Positions 37,801-52,647 of a stretch of 64,000 bases of DNA are shown here, piece after piece (position 1 is the first letter of the stretch; each line of letters begins with the position of its first letter). Origin of the DNA: Octopus sinensis (lineage: Eukaryota); NCBI RefSeq assembly GCF_006345805.1, contig NC_042998.1, forward strand, positions 166,098,001 through 166,162,000, given 5' to 3'. The notes beneath the pieces were generated by a model. It had not been told where the DNA came from and did no database searches. It saw only the letters and a program-made list of their open reading frames with translations. Both the position numbers and the translations under genes were made by a program.

Positions 37801-40630
37801 TCCAAGCACTGCAACACTGATGGAAGAAGTGTGTGGACTGCAAGGGGGACTATGTTAAAAAATAAACCGCATTTGGTCACATTCCATGAGAGTATCTTCA
37901 TCAGCCGATGTGGTACTGAATTGCATATATATTTAAGTGCTTCTGAAAAGTAAAATACCAAATTTCATATATTGAGTGCAATATTGAAGTGGGTCAGTGC
38001 AGTATATAATATTCAAATGGATATTGCAGCTACCAATTTGCATTGTAAGAATTGGGAAAAAATAACATATATTCTTAATCCATATTATAACAGAAAGATT
38101 TATAGTACTATATCTGTTTGTACAGTCTGATTGGTACTTTGAAATAACTGCAGAACCCAAGCCTGTCTAGTGGTAGTTATGAGTAATTGTTGTAAGTAAA
38201 TCAAGTGTGACAAGTTGTAAAAGACATGTGGTATAATCTGAGCTGAGTAAGTTTCGTCTATGCATACTGTGACCTGAATGAAATTGTGTAGAGGGAAGAA
38301 TATAAATGAAGATAAGAGAAAGAGCACAGAGAGCACAGCCTATGTTCCTTATTGGAAATATTAGGAGAATATGATAGGTTTAATTTAGAATATGATAAAT
38401 TAAATTGACCAGATTTGTTAACAGGTAAAGTACAGGTAGCAAACTCACAAATACAAAAGAAGCATGTTTTGTGAATGCATGATGTAACTAAGAGAAGAGA
38501 ATAGGACACCATGAATATGTGTACACACATGAATCAAATGCCAGCAGCATGTGGGCCTGCTGATTATGAACGAGATGTTATGTAGATGGTTGACCATTGC
38601 TATGCTGTAAGGGTTATACACATGTCACCATGTGGTCAACATGAAGTTTACAAGGTAAAAACTGTCAGTAGAATGAAATAGAAAAAAGCAACTGTTTATG
38701 TCTATGCATTTAAAGTGCACTGGTGAACGTGTATGCAAAAGGAACATAAAACAAAGTGGCAGTGAGGACTCACTGGTGCTGGTGCCATGTAAAAGCACCA
38801 ATGCCAGTCCCATGTGAAAGCACCTGTGCTGGTGCTATGCATGTGTCATGTCACATAAAAGTGTTCGTGCCTGTGCCACATAAAAGCACTCATGCCAATG
38901 TCACATAAGAGTGCCCGTGCTGGTGCCATGTAAAAAGTGTCCAGTACAGTCTGTAAAGTGGTTGGCATTATGAAGGGTATACAGCCATAGAAACCATACC
39001 AAAACAGACAATTGAAATCTTGGCAGCTCTTCAACTGGCCATCCTCCTGTCAAAGAGTCCAACCCTTGCCAGCATTGAAGCAGACATTAAATGATGATAA
39101 TGTATGTGAAGAAGGGTGTTTGTGTTCATGACAAAATTAAAGTAGGTGTGTGCACAAACAAAGCAAAAATTTAAATGCAAAATGAAAAGGCATGGAATGT
39201 TAACAATTGCTAAGAAAATGTTGCTGAAATGGAAAATCATATGGACATGCAAAAAGTTTATGGAGAATTTATGGAATTCAAATTCACAAATGTCCATGTA
39301 GAAGTCAAGTATAGAAAGCTGTACCTTTGAATGTGAGATGTGGGTTGTATGACTTCTTTCAAATCATTTTCCATGTTGAGCCTTCATATGTTTGGCAGTG
39401 CAGTCCTTATAAGTGTGAAGCAATTGTTTTGTCACAGGACTTGATTGTGAAATTGTGGCAGTTACAGTGTGAGTGCATCTGGCTATACATTGGCCAGTGT
39501 CACTGGTTGAAACATTCTGTATGTTGTAAGCTGAATATTTTTCGTAAGTGAAGCATTGTGTGTTGGAATCAAGGCTGTATAGTTTGTTTTCCTCCACAAG
39601 TTCATCAATTTAACAAATAAAAGATAGGTTCAAAGAAAAATAAGAATAGTTGTAAGTTTTCTAATCACCAGCTGTTTTATCGCTAAAAGTTTGAAATGGA
39701 ATATGACAGTTCCAAAAAAAAGAAGCAGAATTACATCAGAAAATTAAATTAATGTTGTGATTTGATTTGGTGAGCATGAGAGAGCAAAGGTTCAAGGAAC
39801 CTAAGAGAGTAGTTGAAAATGTTGCACTTATATTTGTGATTTAGTTGGACAGTGAATGAAAATCACTTCCTCTGCCATGGTTGATTTTTAAGTTAGTGGC
39901 AGTTTGGTTGTTGGGTGTTGCAAACAGTTCATGTTAACAAATCTGGTTGTTTGAATTAACACATGACTGTGTGTCCTCTATTCTCAACTGTTTTCAATGA
40001 ATTTGATGTGTAGTTGTTGGGTGTCATTAGTGTTTTGCATGACATTGGCACTTAATTTGAAAGATTCTGTTTTCTTTTTTTTTTTTTTGGTTGTTTCCAT
40101 TAAAACCCTTCCTAATTTAGAAACAAACAGTCCAGGTTCAAATTGAGGCAGAGACCTGATACATGTAACATTTTAGTGAATGTCAAATGATGAAGATAAT
40201 GATTTATGCATTTGTTTGGGCTTCCTTTGACTTTTCCCATCCAAAGGTTTTTTTCACCCCAATAGTTACATGCTATTACTTATAGCTTTATCTTTATTTC
40301 AACATCCAATTCCAAAAAACATACAGGCAGTTTGCTGTGCTTGAAAAGACATCTCAAGCTAAGGAAAAGCGTGGTTGTTCTTGCATACAGATTCGTCCCT
40401 TGCAACCCTCTCCAGCTGAGCATCCCTAATCTTGTGAGCTTGTAAGTGCTGGTGACATATGAAAAAGCACCCATATCAGTGGTGCATAAAAGCACTCAGT
40501 ACACTTTGTAAAGTGGTTGGCATTAGTAAGAGCATCCAGTCATAGAAACCATGCTAAAACAGACATGGAGCCTGAACAGCCCTTCAGGTGGTCAGCTCCT
40601 GTCAAAATGAATGTTAAATGATAATGGTGA

Positions 40631-40686
<56 letters not shown>

Positions 40687-41027
40687 CTAATATAGGATAA
40701 AAATTTTCGAAAAAAATTTTATCAATGGCCAGCATATTAAAAAAATACCTTTAAAGGTTAAATTTCATAAACAACATATAAACAAGGGCAAAAGAAAAAA
40801 TTCCAATGCCAAATATGCCGAAATATAGACTTATTCGTCAATAACCATATAATTTATCACTATAAGCATGCGTCTCGAAAGCAAGCAGATAGAAATTTCT
40901 AAAAAAATTTCTGCTTGCTTTCGAGACGTGTGCTTATAGTGATAAATTATATGGTTATTGACGAATAAGTCTATATTTCGGCATATTTGGCATTGGAATT
41001 TTTTCTTTTGCCCTTGTTTATAAGTTG

Positions 41028-41072
<45 letters not shown>

Positions 41073-44000
41073 TATTACACACATGTAAAGCTACAATTTC
41101 CTGTAGAAGATTAATTAGTTCAGAAATTGATTTGTTTTGTAACTTTCCATAAAATTTTTTCTTGTTTAGGTTTCATTAAAGTTGGTGGCTATTCTGCCAT
41201 GGTAGAAAAGTACCCTCAAGCTATTCCTAACACAACTTTGATGGACAATACAACCAAATGTGGTTACCCAAGAGAAGATTATATGCATCTTTTCCATTCT
41301 TATGATGCAGACGATATTCCTGGCCCTGGTATTATAGGATTGACCATTAATTCTATTTGGTACTGGTGCTCTGATCAGGTAATGATTTTTTTTATTCTCT
41401 GGTTTAAAAATGTAAAATTATAATTTGTTTTAGACAGGAGTGGCTGTGTGGTAAGATTCTTGCTTCTTAACCACATGGTTCTGGGTTCAGTCCCACTGCA
41501 TAGTACCTTGGGTACCTTTGAATTGAAGCATACTTTCATAATCTTCTATGTTTTGATTGATTTAATTTCTGATAGTCATTTAGATTTAGAAAATAAGAAT
41601 CTTCTTAATTTAGAAACAAGTGTTTGTAGTTTATATCCAGCCTCATATTACACATATATCGGAAAATAAGGTATCCATTGCTGACTGGAGATGAAATTGT
41701 TTGAAATGTAATATAAACCTCTTGTCTTTTATCTTTTACTTGTTTCAGTCATTAGACTGCACCATGTTGAAGAGTTTTTATTCAAACAAATCTACCCTAA
41801 GATTTTTTTTTAAAGCCTGGTACTTATTCTATTGGTCACTTTTGCTGAACCACTAAGTTACAGGGATGTAAACACACCAACACTGGTTGTCAAATGCTGG
41901 TGGGAGGACAAACAGACACAAATGCAAACATGCACACATGCTCACACACACGTGCACATACACATACATGACAAGCTTTTTTTAGTTTTCATCTACCAAA
42001 TTCACTCAAGGCTTTGGTTGGCCTGGTTGCCCAAGGTACCATGCAGTGGGACTAAACCTGGAACCATGTAGTTGAGAAGCAAGATTCATACCACACAGCC
42101 ATGCCTGCACCTATGTAAATATTAGTTTTAAATTTTGGCACAAGGCCAGCAATTTCAGGGGAGAAGGTAAGTCATCATCTAAAGTGGTTATCATCATATA
42201 CAATTGTCGCCTGACTAGTACCTGTGCTGATGGTACATAAAAAGCACCATTCGAGCATGGCCAATGCCTGTGCTGGTGGGTTATAAAAAGTACCATTCAA
42301 GTGTGATCAATGCCAGTGCTGGTGGCATGTAAAAAGCACCATTCGAGCATGACCAACACTAGTACCACCTGACTGGCTCCTGTACTGGTGGCACGTAAAA
42401 AGCACCCACTACACTCTCGTAGTGGTTGATATTAGGAGGGGCATCCAACTGCAGAAACCTTGCCAGATTAGATTGGAGACTGGTGCAGCCTCCTGGCTTG
42501 CCAGTTCTCAGTCAAACCATCCAACCCATGCCAGCATGGAAAAAGGACGTTAAATGATTATGATGACTGTCTGATAGTTCAAATCATATGATAAATTTAT
42601 GGATAAAAGAAGTACTTTTTACATTCTGGAGAAAATTTCAGAAACATACAAGGAGGTTATCCAACCTTGTGGTTAACCCAACAATAACAGTAACAACTTC
42701 ATTTGTTTTCTCCCTCTTTTTTTATACTTCCCACTTCCTTTATTTTTAGCTTACTTGAAGTAAAAGAAGTTTTACATGCTAGCTTTTTTTGTCTTTATCT
42801 AAACCCCAGTCTGTAAATCCTCTTTAAATCTCTTTAAATTTATTTCTATAAATCTTTCTTAGATTTCTCAGTATCCTTTCTCTATAAATACTTCCATTCA
42901 TTACATCCTTTTCCTTACTTTCTCCCCATTTCCATCTCATATCTTTATTTATCTTCATTCCTCAGTAGTTTATGATATATATATTTTACTTTCTTTAATT
43001 TAGATTTTATTTATATTATATTGTTTTATAGGTCCTTGTTCAGAGAGCCCTTGCTGCTAAGAGCTATGACCACAGCAAAGCAGCTACAGTATTTTGTGGA
43101 TATCTCAAAATTTTACCATTATTTCTTCTCATTTTCCCTGGAATGATTTCTCGAATTTTATATAAAGGTATCTACAATTTTGTGATTCAAGATAGATTTA
43201 GAAACAGTGATCATTTGTTAGAACAAGTCAGAACAGTATCAACGTAGTTTGATTTTTCTGTGACATTAATCTTGTTTGTCTTTTGTTTCCATCTATTCTA
43301 TTAATTATACTTATGTGGCACATAAAAACACCATCCGAGCGTGGCCGTCTGCCAGCCTCGTCTGGCACCTGTGTCGGTGGCACATAAAAAACACCATCCG
43401 AGCGTGGCCGTTTGCCAGCCTCGTCTGGCACCTGTGTTGGTGGCACATAAAATCACCCACTACACTCTCGTAGTGGTTGGCGTTAGGAAGGGCATCCAGC
43501 TGTAGAAACACTGCCAGATCTGACTGGACTGGTGCAGCTTTCGGGCTCCCCAGACCCCAGTTGAACCGTCCAACCCATGCTAGCATGGAAAGCGGACGTT
43601 AAATGATGATGATGATGATGATGATGATCCTCACTTCAGCTTTTTTGCCTGCTGCAGTTACCATTGTTTTCTTCTTGCTTATCACTACATCTGCCAAACA
43701 TTTGTTCATGCAGATTTTCTGTTCCATGATTTAATCCCTTTGAAACAGGGAAAGCCACATGTCTTGGTGTTTAGCCTTACTCAATTCGATAATCGGAGAA
43801 ATACATTGATAAATATTCCAGACATAGTTGTATTGTGGTTTTTTTTTTTAATTACTTCCATTCTACAAATTCTTTAGCTAATATTGAAGATTAGCAACAC
43901 ATTACAAAACTTCACTTCATTCACCCAGTGGTAGATTTCAAAATAGATGCTTGCGTGCAATTATTCTGAAGTGCACACTTGCTTGCTCGCCCAAGCACTT

Positions 44001-45922
44001 TGTTACTCATTCAATGTTGACTAAATTCAAAGAAGAATCTAAATGATAAAGAAACACTTGTGAATTTGTTGGTGACTAATTTTTATTTATTTTCAAAGAA
44101 AATTCCTTAAAATGTTATGCATGCATAATTGCATCATGAAAGGTGAATTCATCAGATATACTTTAGTTATGGATTACAATTATTTTGTATTTTCATCATG
44201 TATTGGGTCATCCCATAAATAATGCAGTTTTTTTTATACTTCTTTTATTTTTAAAAATTAAGATAAACAAAGTTCTTTTTTAATTTAAAGTATACTTACC
44301 TTCATTTTTGCAATGCTCTTCGATCTATCTGGTAGGCTTCCAGACTTCACTTGTCCATGACAAAAAATACTCCTCCAGAATTCATATTTTTTTCCGTCCA
44401 AATGATTTTGAAGATGCAGAATAAATGATGATCAGATGGGGCAATGTCTGATGAATATGGTGGGTGGGGCATTGTTTCCCATTCAAACTGCTCCATCCTT
44501 GCTGTATGTGGCTGAGCATTATCCTGAATGAAGAACACCTTTTGTCTTGAAACCAAAGATGGTCGTTTTCCTTCTAGCACTCACAGTAGATCTCCTTTGT
44601 TATCGTTTGGTTAAGGTTTAAAAATTCAAAGTGGACTAAACCTTTCATATCCCATCAAACAGATAACAACACCTTATGTGGGTGTTTCTCCTTTCCCTAC
44701 CCACTGTTTTTGGTGCTTGACATTCTTATAGAGAACCCATTTCTCGTCACCAGTCACTATTTGGTCCTAAAAAAGGTTCATTCATGAGACATGACAGCAA
44801 AGAAGAGCACACATTCACTCTCTGCATGCAATTAGACTCGAAAAGTTTGTGAGGAACCCATTGACCCAGTTAGCTGACTTTTCCAATGGCACACAGATCT
44901 CAATGAATGGTAGAAGGATCAAATCCAAGCTTCTTTGCTAGTTCCTCAACAGTTACGATGGTATTTTGTTCCATCAGGGATTGTAGGATGTCCTCATTGA
45001 GCTCTACAGATTTTTCAGGACAAGGTTCATCTTCTAGGTTGTAGTTCCTGGCTCAGAATTTCTGAAACCGCTGTTGACACTGGGTTACACTTATTGTCTG
45101 ATCCCCATATACTGCATTAATATTCCTTGCACTTTCTGTTTTATATGTATGTATATGTTGATGCCTTTATTGAACTCATAAAACAAAATATGCCAAATAT
45201 GCTCCTTTGTCGCTTACATTATTGCTTTGAAAAAATAACTGTTAAAATCGAACTGCACTCTTCAAACCTTGCACTAAGAATAAAGTCAAAGTAAAGTTAC
45301 TCCCTGCTTTTATAACAAGTTGATGCAGGGAGTTTGTCCAATCCCACTCTGACTTTTAGTTCATACAGTTGAAAAAAACTGCATTATTTATGGGATGACC
45401 CAATACTTCCAGGAATGGTACATTGCTTTAACCTTGTATTGGTGTCATTAGTATCTTTGCATCATTGCTACTGCCTGCCTCTTATGCTTTTTGCTTTTTT
45501 CTTTCCAACCACTCTTTCTTTTTTGTCTTGCAGATCTGCTTTTCCAAGCAATCTAATATTTGGTATTCTGCAGCAGTTTATTATCTTTCCTATTAAGTTC
45601 TTTGCAACCCTATGTTTGATCTGTTAGATTCCATAATTATTTTTCTATCCACTGTTCCTTTCTTCATTCATTCTTTTTATGCAACCTCTGAGTTGGAGTA
45701 TGAGATTTCTGTTACTGTGTTCTGAACATAGCCCACTGTTTTTAACATATTTGTGTTGCTGCTGTACCCAAAATCTATTTTTCAGCTGTTACTGGTACTC
45801 CTCTGCAGCAAATGGTTGGGTAAATTTTTAACATTGAGTATCATCTTCTGACATCTATTCTAGCTCTGTACATGCTTTATGCTTACTAACTGCCTGTACC
45901 AAAACATTTTCAGATTGCACTA

Positions 45923-45953
<31 letters not shown>

Positions 45954-48900
45954 GAATGTATGTGTGTATATGTATCATCATCATCGTTTAACATCCATTT
46001 TCCATTCTAGCATGGGTTGGACTGTTTGACCGGGGTCTGGGAAGCCAGGAAGCTGCACCGGGCTCCAGTCTGATCTGGCAGTGTTTCTACAGCTGGATGC
46101 CCTTCCTAATGCCAACCACTCTATGAGTGTTGTGGGTGCCTTTTACGTGCCACCGGCACAGGGGCCAGAGGAGGCTGGAAATGGTCACAATCGGTTGGTG
46201 CTTTTTATGTGCCACCAGCACAGAAGCCTGTCAAGGTGGCACTGGCATCAGCCACATTCGGATGGTGCTTTTTACGTGCCACCAGCACAGGTATCACAAC
46301 TACAATTTCCATTTGATTTTCATTTTGATGTTGATGTACTTGACTCAATAGGTCTCCTCAAGCACAGCAAGTCACCCTATGATCGAAGGTACTTTTGAAT
46401 GGGCTGGGGCTGATCATGCAAAACTGGTGTAGGATACAGCCGTGAACTCACTTTATTTGCTGAGTCTTCGCAGTCACAGCATATCTCCAGAGGTCTTGGC
46501 CTTTCATCATTGCCTCTATATATATATCTATATTATTTAAAACAGTTTGATACAGAGGTGGGAGTAGGGGATCCATGCAACTTGAAGCTTCGCAGGCCTC
46601 TAATAAAAGTCCGTCTATTTCAGACTTTGGATTACCATATTGGCAATCCAAATTCTGAAAGAGACAGACACCTGTTAGTGGCTTGTGAAACTTCAAGTTG
46701 CATGGGTCTGTTTCAAACTGTTTTAAATAATATATTTAACTCATCTTAAATGTGTTGACTGCTCTTTTTTTAGATTTGTCCATTCACTTGTATAATTCTT
46801 TGACAACAAAGGACCTCTCCCTCTGAGTGAAAAGCAGACTGTATGATGTCTGTGCAAACAGCTATTCTACATGGCAATGAAACATGGGCTGTGACTACTG
46901 AGGACATGTGTAGGCTTGAAAGAAACGAAGTTAGTATGCTTCACTGGATATGCAATATCAGTGTGCATTTATGACAAAGTGTAAGCGTCTTGAGAGAAGA
47001 GTTAGGCATAAGAGGTATCAGGTGTGGTGTGCAAGAGAGATGACTGCACTGGTATGGTCATGTAATGTGTATGGATGAGGGCAGCTGTATAAAGAAGTGC
47101 CAATCTCTAACTGTGGAGGTAACCTATGATAGAGGTAGGCCCAGGAAGAGATGAGATGAGGTGGTAAAGAATGATCTTCCAACACTGGGCCTGATGGAGG
47201 CAATGACTAGTGACCAAGACCTTTGGCGATGTGCTGTGTGTGAGAAGACCTGTCAAGCCAAGTGAAATCATGGTCATGGCCAATGGTGGTGTTACATAAT
47301 AGGCACCTGTGTGAGTGGTATGTAAAAAATACCATTTGAGCGCTGAGCCTCATGGAGGCAATGTGACTGATGCTGGTGTCATGTAACTGGCACCTGGTAC
47401 ATAAAAGCACCCATTACACTCTCAGAGTAGTTGGTGTTAGGAAATGGCATCCAGCTGTAGAAACCATACCAAATCAGACTGGTGTTTGGTGCAGCCCCTC
47501 TGCTTACCAGCCCTGATCAAACTTTCTAACCCATGCCAGCATGGGCAATAGACGCGATGATGATGATGCTATATACACACACAGTGTGTGATGGGTAAAT
47601 TGTCGCCATTTTATACTTTTAATTTTGCACATGCGCATTGTTCGATTTTGATTTTGTCGACTACACAGTATAGTAGTGTCAGTTGGGCACCATCTGCATG
47701 AAAAACAGCACCATGACACAATTCATTTTGCCAGAAATTTGAAAATGACACGCTGTACTGCTTGGCATTCATGCCAAAAGCTCCAGTACAAACATTTTAG
47801 AGTGTTTGGGTGTCAGTCTGAGGACATGTATCAAGAGTGATAAAAATAAAACATCCAGTCAACATCATGGTGTTTGGAGTATTCATTAGTGACATCGACA
47901 TTATGCCTCCATTCATCTTCCCACATGGCCTCGTACTCAACACAAAAGGCTACATCAAGTGCCTGGAGGACGTAGTGCTGCCCTAGGCCAAGAGGGTGGC
48001 TGCTGGAAGACGCTATGTCTGGCAATTGGACTCTGCACCCTGCCACACAAGCAGGAGAACCCAGTCATGACTGTCAGACAATTTCTGTAACCACATCATC
48101 CCTAACATCTAGCCACCTAACTTCCCAGACTACAACCATCAGGCTGCAATGTGTGGGGCGCAGTTGAGCAAGAGACCAACAAAACTCCTTGTAACACCAA
48201 AGATGAACTGAAGGCAAGGATAATGGCAGCATTCACCAACTTAAACAAAGAGACTGTCCAGAAGAGTTGCAAGAGATTGTAAAGTCGTCTGAAGGCCGTG
48301 ATTGAAGCCAATTACAATTTTATTGAATAAATTTACTCTTTAGTATTTCGAGATATTTTTATGTAATTTTGGTAAATATATCTCTTAAAATGAGATGTCA
48401 GTGTTATTTTCATTTTTACATAATTTAGACAACAGTTTATTCACCGCACCCTGTATACATATATACATGCATAGACAGTCATCTGTGTATAAACTGTGCT
48501 TTGTTTTCTCTTTATAGATACTGTTGGCTGTGCTGATCCAGAGGTTTGCATGAGTGTTTGTGGGAGTGAAACAGGCTGTACCAATGTTGCATACACCTCA
48601 CTCATATTGGATCTGCTACCAGAAGGTAATTAGCAAATATTCATTGAGATATTAACATCATACTTTAGTTAGTACACAATATTAATATATTTATTAAAAT
48701 ATACTTGATATTGAAAATTATATTTAAAACTACTGAATTTTCAGGTATATAAACTAAATTTTTTAGACCAAAATTTATAGCCAAAAAAGGGTAAGTTGAC
48801 TTATACACCAAGACAATTTTGGAGGACTAAGAATTCCATGTGAAATGCAGCAGGATTTGGAAAGATAGGGATGGTGTTTGAATGCTTTACAGTTTATGTT

Positions 48901-51900
48901 TACACAATGTACTACGTTGATTTGTATACCAGAAAATATTGTATACAAAATATTTTAAAAAATTGTTCATTCCCTTTTATTATATCCCTCTTCTCATTTT
49001 CTGATATCTACTTATGTGTTTTTAACTGTATACTACTAACCTAAAGCAATTGCTGTGTGGATTCCTGGAGATAAATTCCAGTCTTGTCAAGATGGTGATA
49101 TGGTTTCAATTCTGGGTTGAAGTCAGTTTCACTTATCTGACATAATTAATGCTCTTAGGAAACAATAAAAAAAATTATATTTCTTTCATTTTCCTTCCAC
49201 TAAATTGTAGAATATTTGTGGCTTTCATCCATCCACCTTCACTGCCTACTATTTCTGAGAGGGTTGTGGGTGTAGAGTCCCCATGCACTACTTCTATAGG
49301 GTCCATTCAGATGCAACTGTCATTATACTTCCTTGCTGGACTCCTAAGCATGACCAATTCAGACTATAGATATTATCCAACCATCTCATTCTTATTTCTC
49401 TATTGCCCACAAGGGGCCAAACATAGAAGGCACAAACAAGGACAGTCAAAGGGATTAAGTCAATTATATCGACCCCAGTGCGTAACTGGTACTTAATTTA
49501 TCGACCCCGAAAGGTTGAGAGGCAGAGTCAACTTCAGCGGAATTTTAACTCAGAACGTAACAGCAGACGAAATACCGATAAGCATTTCTCCCTGTGTACT
49601 AACGTTCTGCCAGCTTGCCACCAACCATCTCATTCTTGGTCTACCCATAGGTTCCCTGCTGGTTGGTTCAGCTTGAACCAGACATTTTGTGATTCTTTAT
49701 TATGATATTTTAATCATGTCTCTGTAGTACCAGAGCTGTGACTTCTCAGTGCATAGAGATAGTGGCTCAACCTGGAGACTTCCTCATCTCCAAGCTATGG
49801 CCCCTATCAAGTAACATTACTCCAGAGATCCTTCAGAGGAATCCCATTTCAGCCACTTGTATTCACAGTTCTTTTGGTCTTTACTCAACTTTCACAACCA
49901 TAGATAAGGATTGGCATGAAAAACTGAATTAAAGATAATGAGTTTACCTTTTTTTACCAATCTCTCCTCTTCTGAGGATTGAATGCTGGAGTTGGCACAT
50001 TACTATGTTGGTATCTGCAATTCAAGCATCAAATTCAACCTATGTGTCTTACTAGTCCTAATTAAAACTAGCCTGCTTCTCTCCAAAAGCCACACAAGAA
50101 GTCCACCTGCAAGCTAGTGTTACTGTATGTCAGTTTTGTGGTGCTAAAAATTGGTGAGCTGGTAGAATCATTTGCATGCTGGGCAAAATGCTTAGCAGCA
50201 CTTCACCCATCTTTACATTCTGATTTCTAATTCCGCTGAGGTTGACTTTGCCTTTCATCCTTTGAGTATGGGTAAGGTGAGGTGGGGTTTGATGTAAATT
50301 GTCTTATCCACTCTGCCGAAATTGCTGGCTTTGTGCCAAAATTTGAAATCAATTTTGTAGTGCTATGATAATTTGGAGTGACAAGCTATTGCTTCCCTGT
50401 ATTATTCTAGAACGATTGTGACTTCAGTGTTTTGGTTATGAATACAATGCAATGCCTCTAACTTTCTGATTGATACCTCATACACTCCATCTTTTGCATC
50501 CTCCAGTATGTGTAAAGGGAAGGAAGAGAAATTAAGGTAGATTAGTTATATCAATGTTGTAATTCATATAGATGTTGAGTTGATAACTGTTTAGATATAA
50601 TTTGCCTCATAGCCTGTTTATTTAATAAAAAAAAAAATTTATAAAATATATTTTCATTTCTAAGAGAATATTCTATCTTTATTTCAGGTTTACGAGGTTT
50701 GATGCTGGCCAGTATGGTTTCAGCCCTTATTACATCACTTACCTCTATTTTCAACAGTTCAAGTACAATATTTGCACTGGATATTTGGTCGTTCTTCCGC
50801 AAAAAAGTTTCTGATATCGAAATGATTATTGTTGGACGGTAAGACATTTCTATACATTTTCCCAGAGGGCCCACTCTGTAATATCATCGTTTAATGTTCA
50901 TGTTCCATGTTGGGAGCAATATATTATAACTACTAAGTGATACAAACGTTTTTTATACATTTCTCTTTAATACATGTAATGGTATTTGATTGATATCCGT
51001 TTTATATTCCAGTATATTCATCCTGTTTCTGGTAGTTATCAGTGTTCTCTGGATTCCCATCATCCAAATATCTCAAGGAGGAGACCTCTTTGTCTACATC
51101 CAAGTGATATCCAGTTTCACCCAACCACCTATTTGTGCTATCTTTTTACTTGCTCTGTTTTGGGGCAGACTCAATGAAAAGGTAACTATATTTGTTTTGC
51201 TTACCTTCTGCTTCATTATGAATACTCTTGATTATCTGTCAGAGCAACAAAGATCGCCTTGTCATTCTCAAGGATGACAACTTGCAAAGTGACTTTAAGT
51301 GAAGAAGAGTTATGCACCTTTAACCTCTCTGTCTGTCTATTTGTCTTCTCTGCCTGTCTGTCTGTCTCTCTCTCTCTCTGTTTCTCTGTCTGTCTGTCTC
51401 TCTCTTGTGACCATCTTCGATCCAGTGGCAAAACCAGATCAAGATGACTGGAGATGGAAGACCAAGATGTCTTACTCATTTCTTCTTGCTCCTTGTACAG
51501 TACAATGCATTGCTGCTGCTGCCTTTCACTCCATTGAACCATGAAGGTTTCTTCTGCAGTTTGCTAGGTCCATTCTTCACATACACAGTTAGGCAAGCCC
51601 CATAGCCGTGACCTTGACAGTTGCTACTACTCTGGCTCAGTCAGGGTAAACCTGAGAACAATAGTGGCTAAGAGATGGTTCCAAACTCTTCAAAGCCCTG
51701 GGATTCTTGAACCAGGACCCCACTAACAAATGTGCTTTAAAGTCATATCTAGCACCTTATTAACACTAAACCCTACCTCACACATGTATCCATGTTTATT
51801 TAATCGCAAACCCTGTGCTTACACAAACACACATGGATGAGGTGGGATATCTTTCATAAACGTGAATACCAGCTGAGACAGAGTGGTTGATCTACTGCAT

Positions 51901-52605
51901 GCTAGCCCATAGAGACAATGAGTGATAAGATTTACGAGTTTAACACTTTTACCTCATAGCTATTGTACTCAGGGAAAATGTATATTGGGTAAATGTCCTC
52001 TACTATAATCTTTGGCCGACCAATGTCTTGTGAGTGAATTTAATAGATGGAAATATAAATAAGTTCATTGTGTGTGTACATGTATGCATTTATCCATCCA
52101 TTCCCCCCATGCTAGCGCGGAAAACGGACGTGAAACGATGATGATGATGATATATATAGGGAGAGTTTACGAAAAAACAAAAGACAAAGACAGGTGGTGT
52201 ACAAAACAAACAGATGTATTAATATAACGCTCAGGAATAGAAAAAGTCTTTTATGTTTCGAGCCTACACTCTTCTATAGAAAGGGACACAGAAAAAACAA
52301 GGAGAGAAAAAAATGTGTGTAGCGGTTAACGATCTATCATGGCGACTGCCAGACAGAAGGGTCACACACGAGAGAGAAGAAGTAAGAGAGATAGCAAAGA
52401 TGAGCCCCAACACGAAGGTGCGTGTGTGTATAAGAGAGTATGTATGTGTAGGTGTGAAAATGTGGGGATGGGTGTGTGGGTGGTGTGATGTGATGTGTAA
52501 TGAGTGGTGTGGTGTGATGTTGGGAGGTGGGGGAGGCGAGACTGGAGAAAGCACGGGTGGGGTGTGGGTTTGACTGAGGGTTGGGGTTTGTGGGTAGGCA
52601 GAGGG

Positions 52606-52647
<42 letters not shown>

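Noticed and set aside
40690-40745. Possible U3-A8 hammerhead variant (TTGATAA...GAAA) on the minus strand
   Set aside because: Stem I cannot pair and stem II is only poly-A/T.
50551-50874. Minus-strand 107-aa ORF
   Set aside because: Antisense shadow of SLC5 exon 50688-50838.
52556-52604. G-quadruplex-like G-runs
   Set aside because: Long loops, inside a GT-rich repeat body; no specific support for function.
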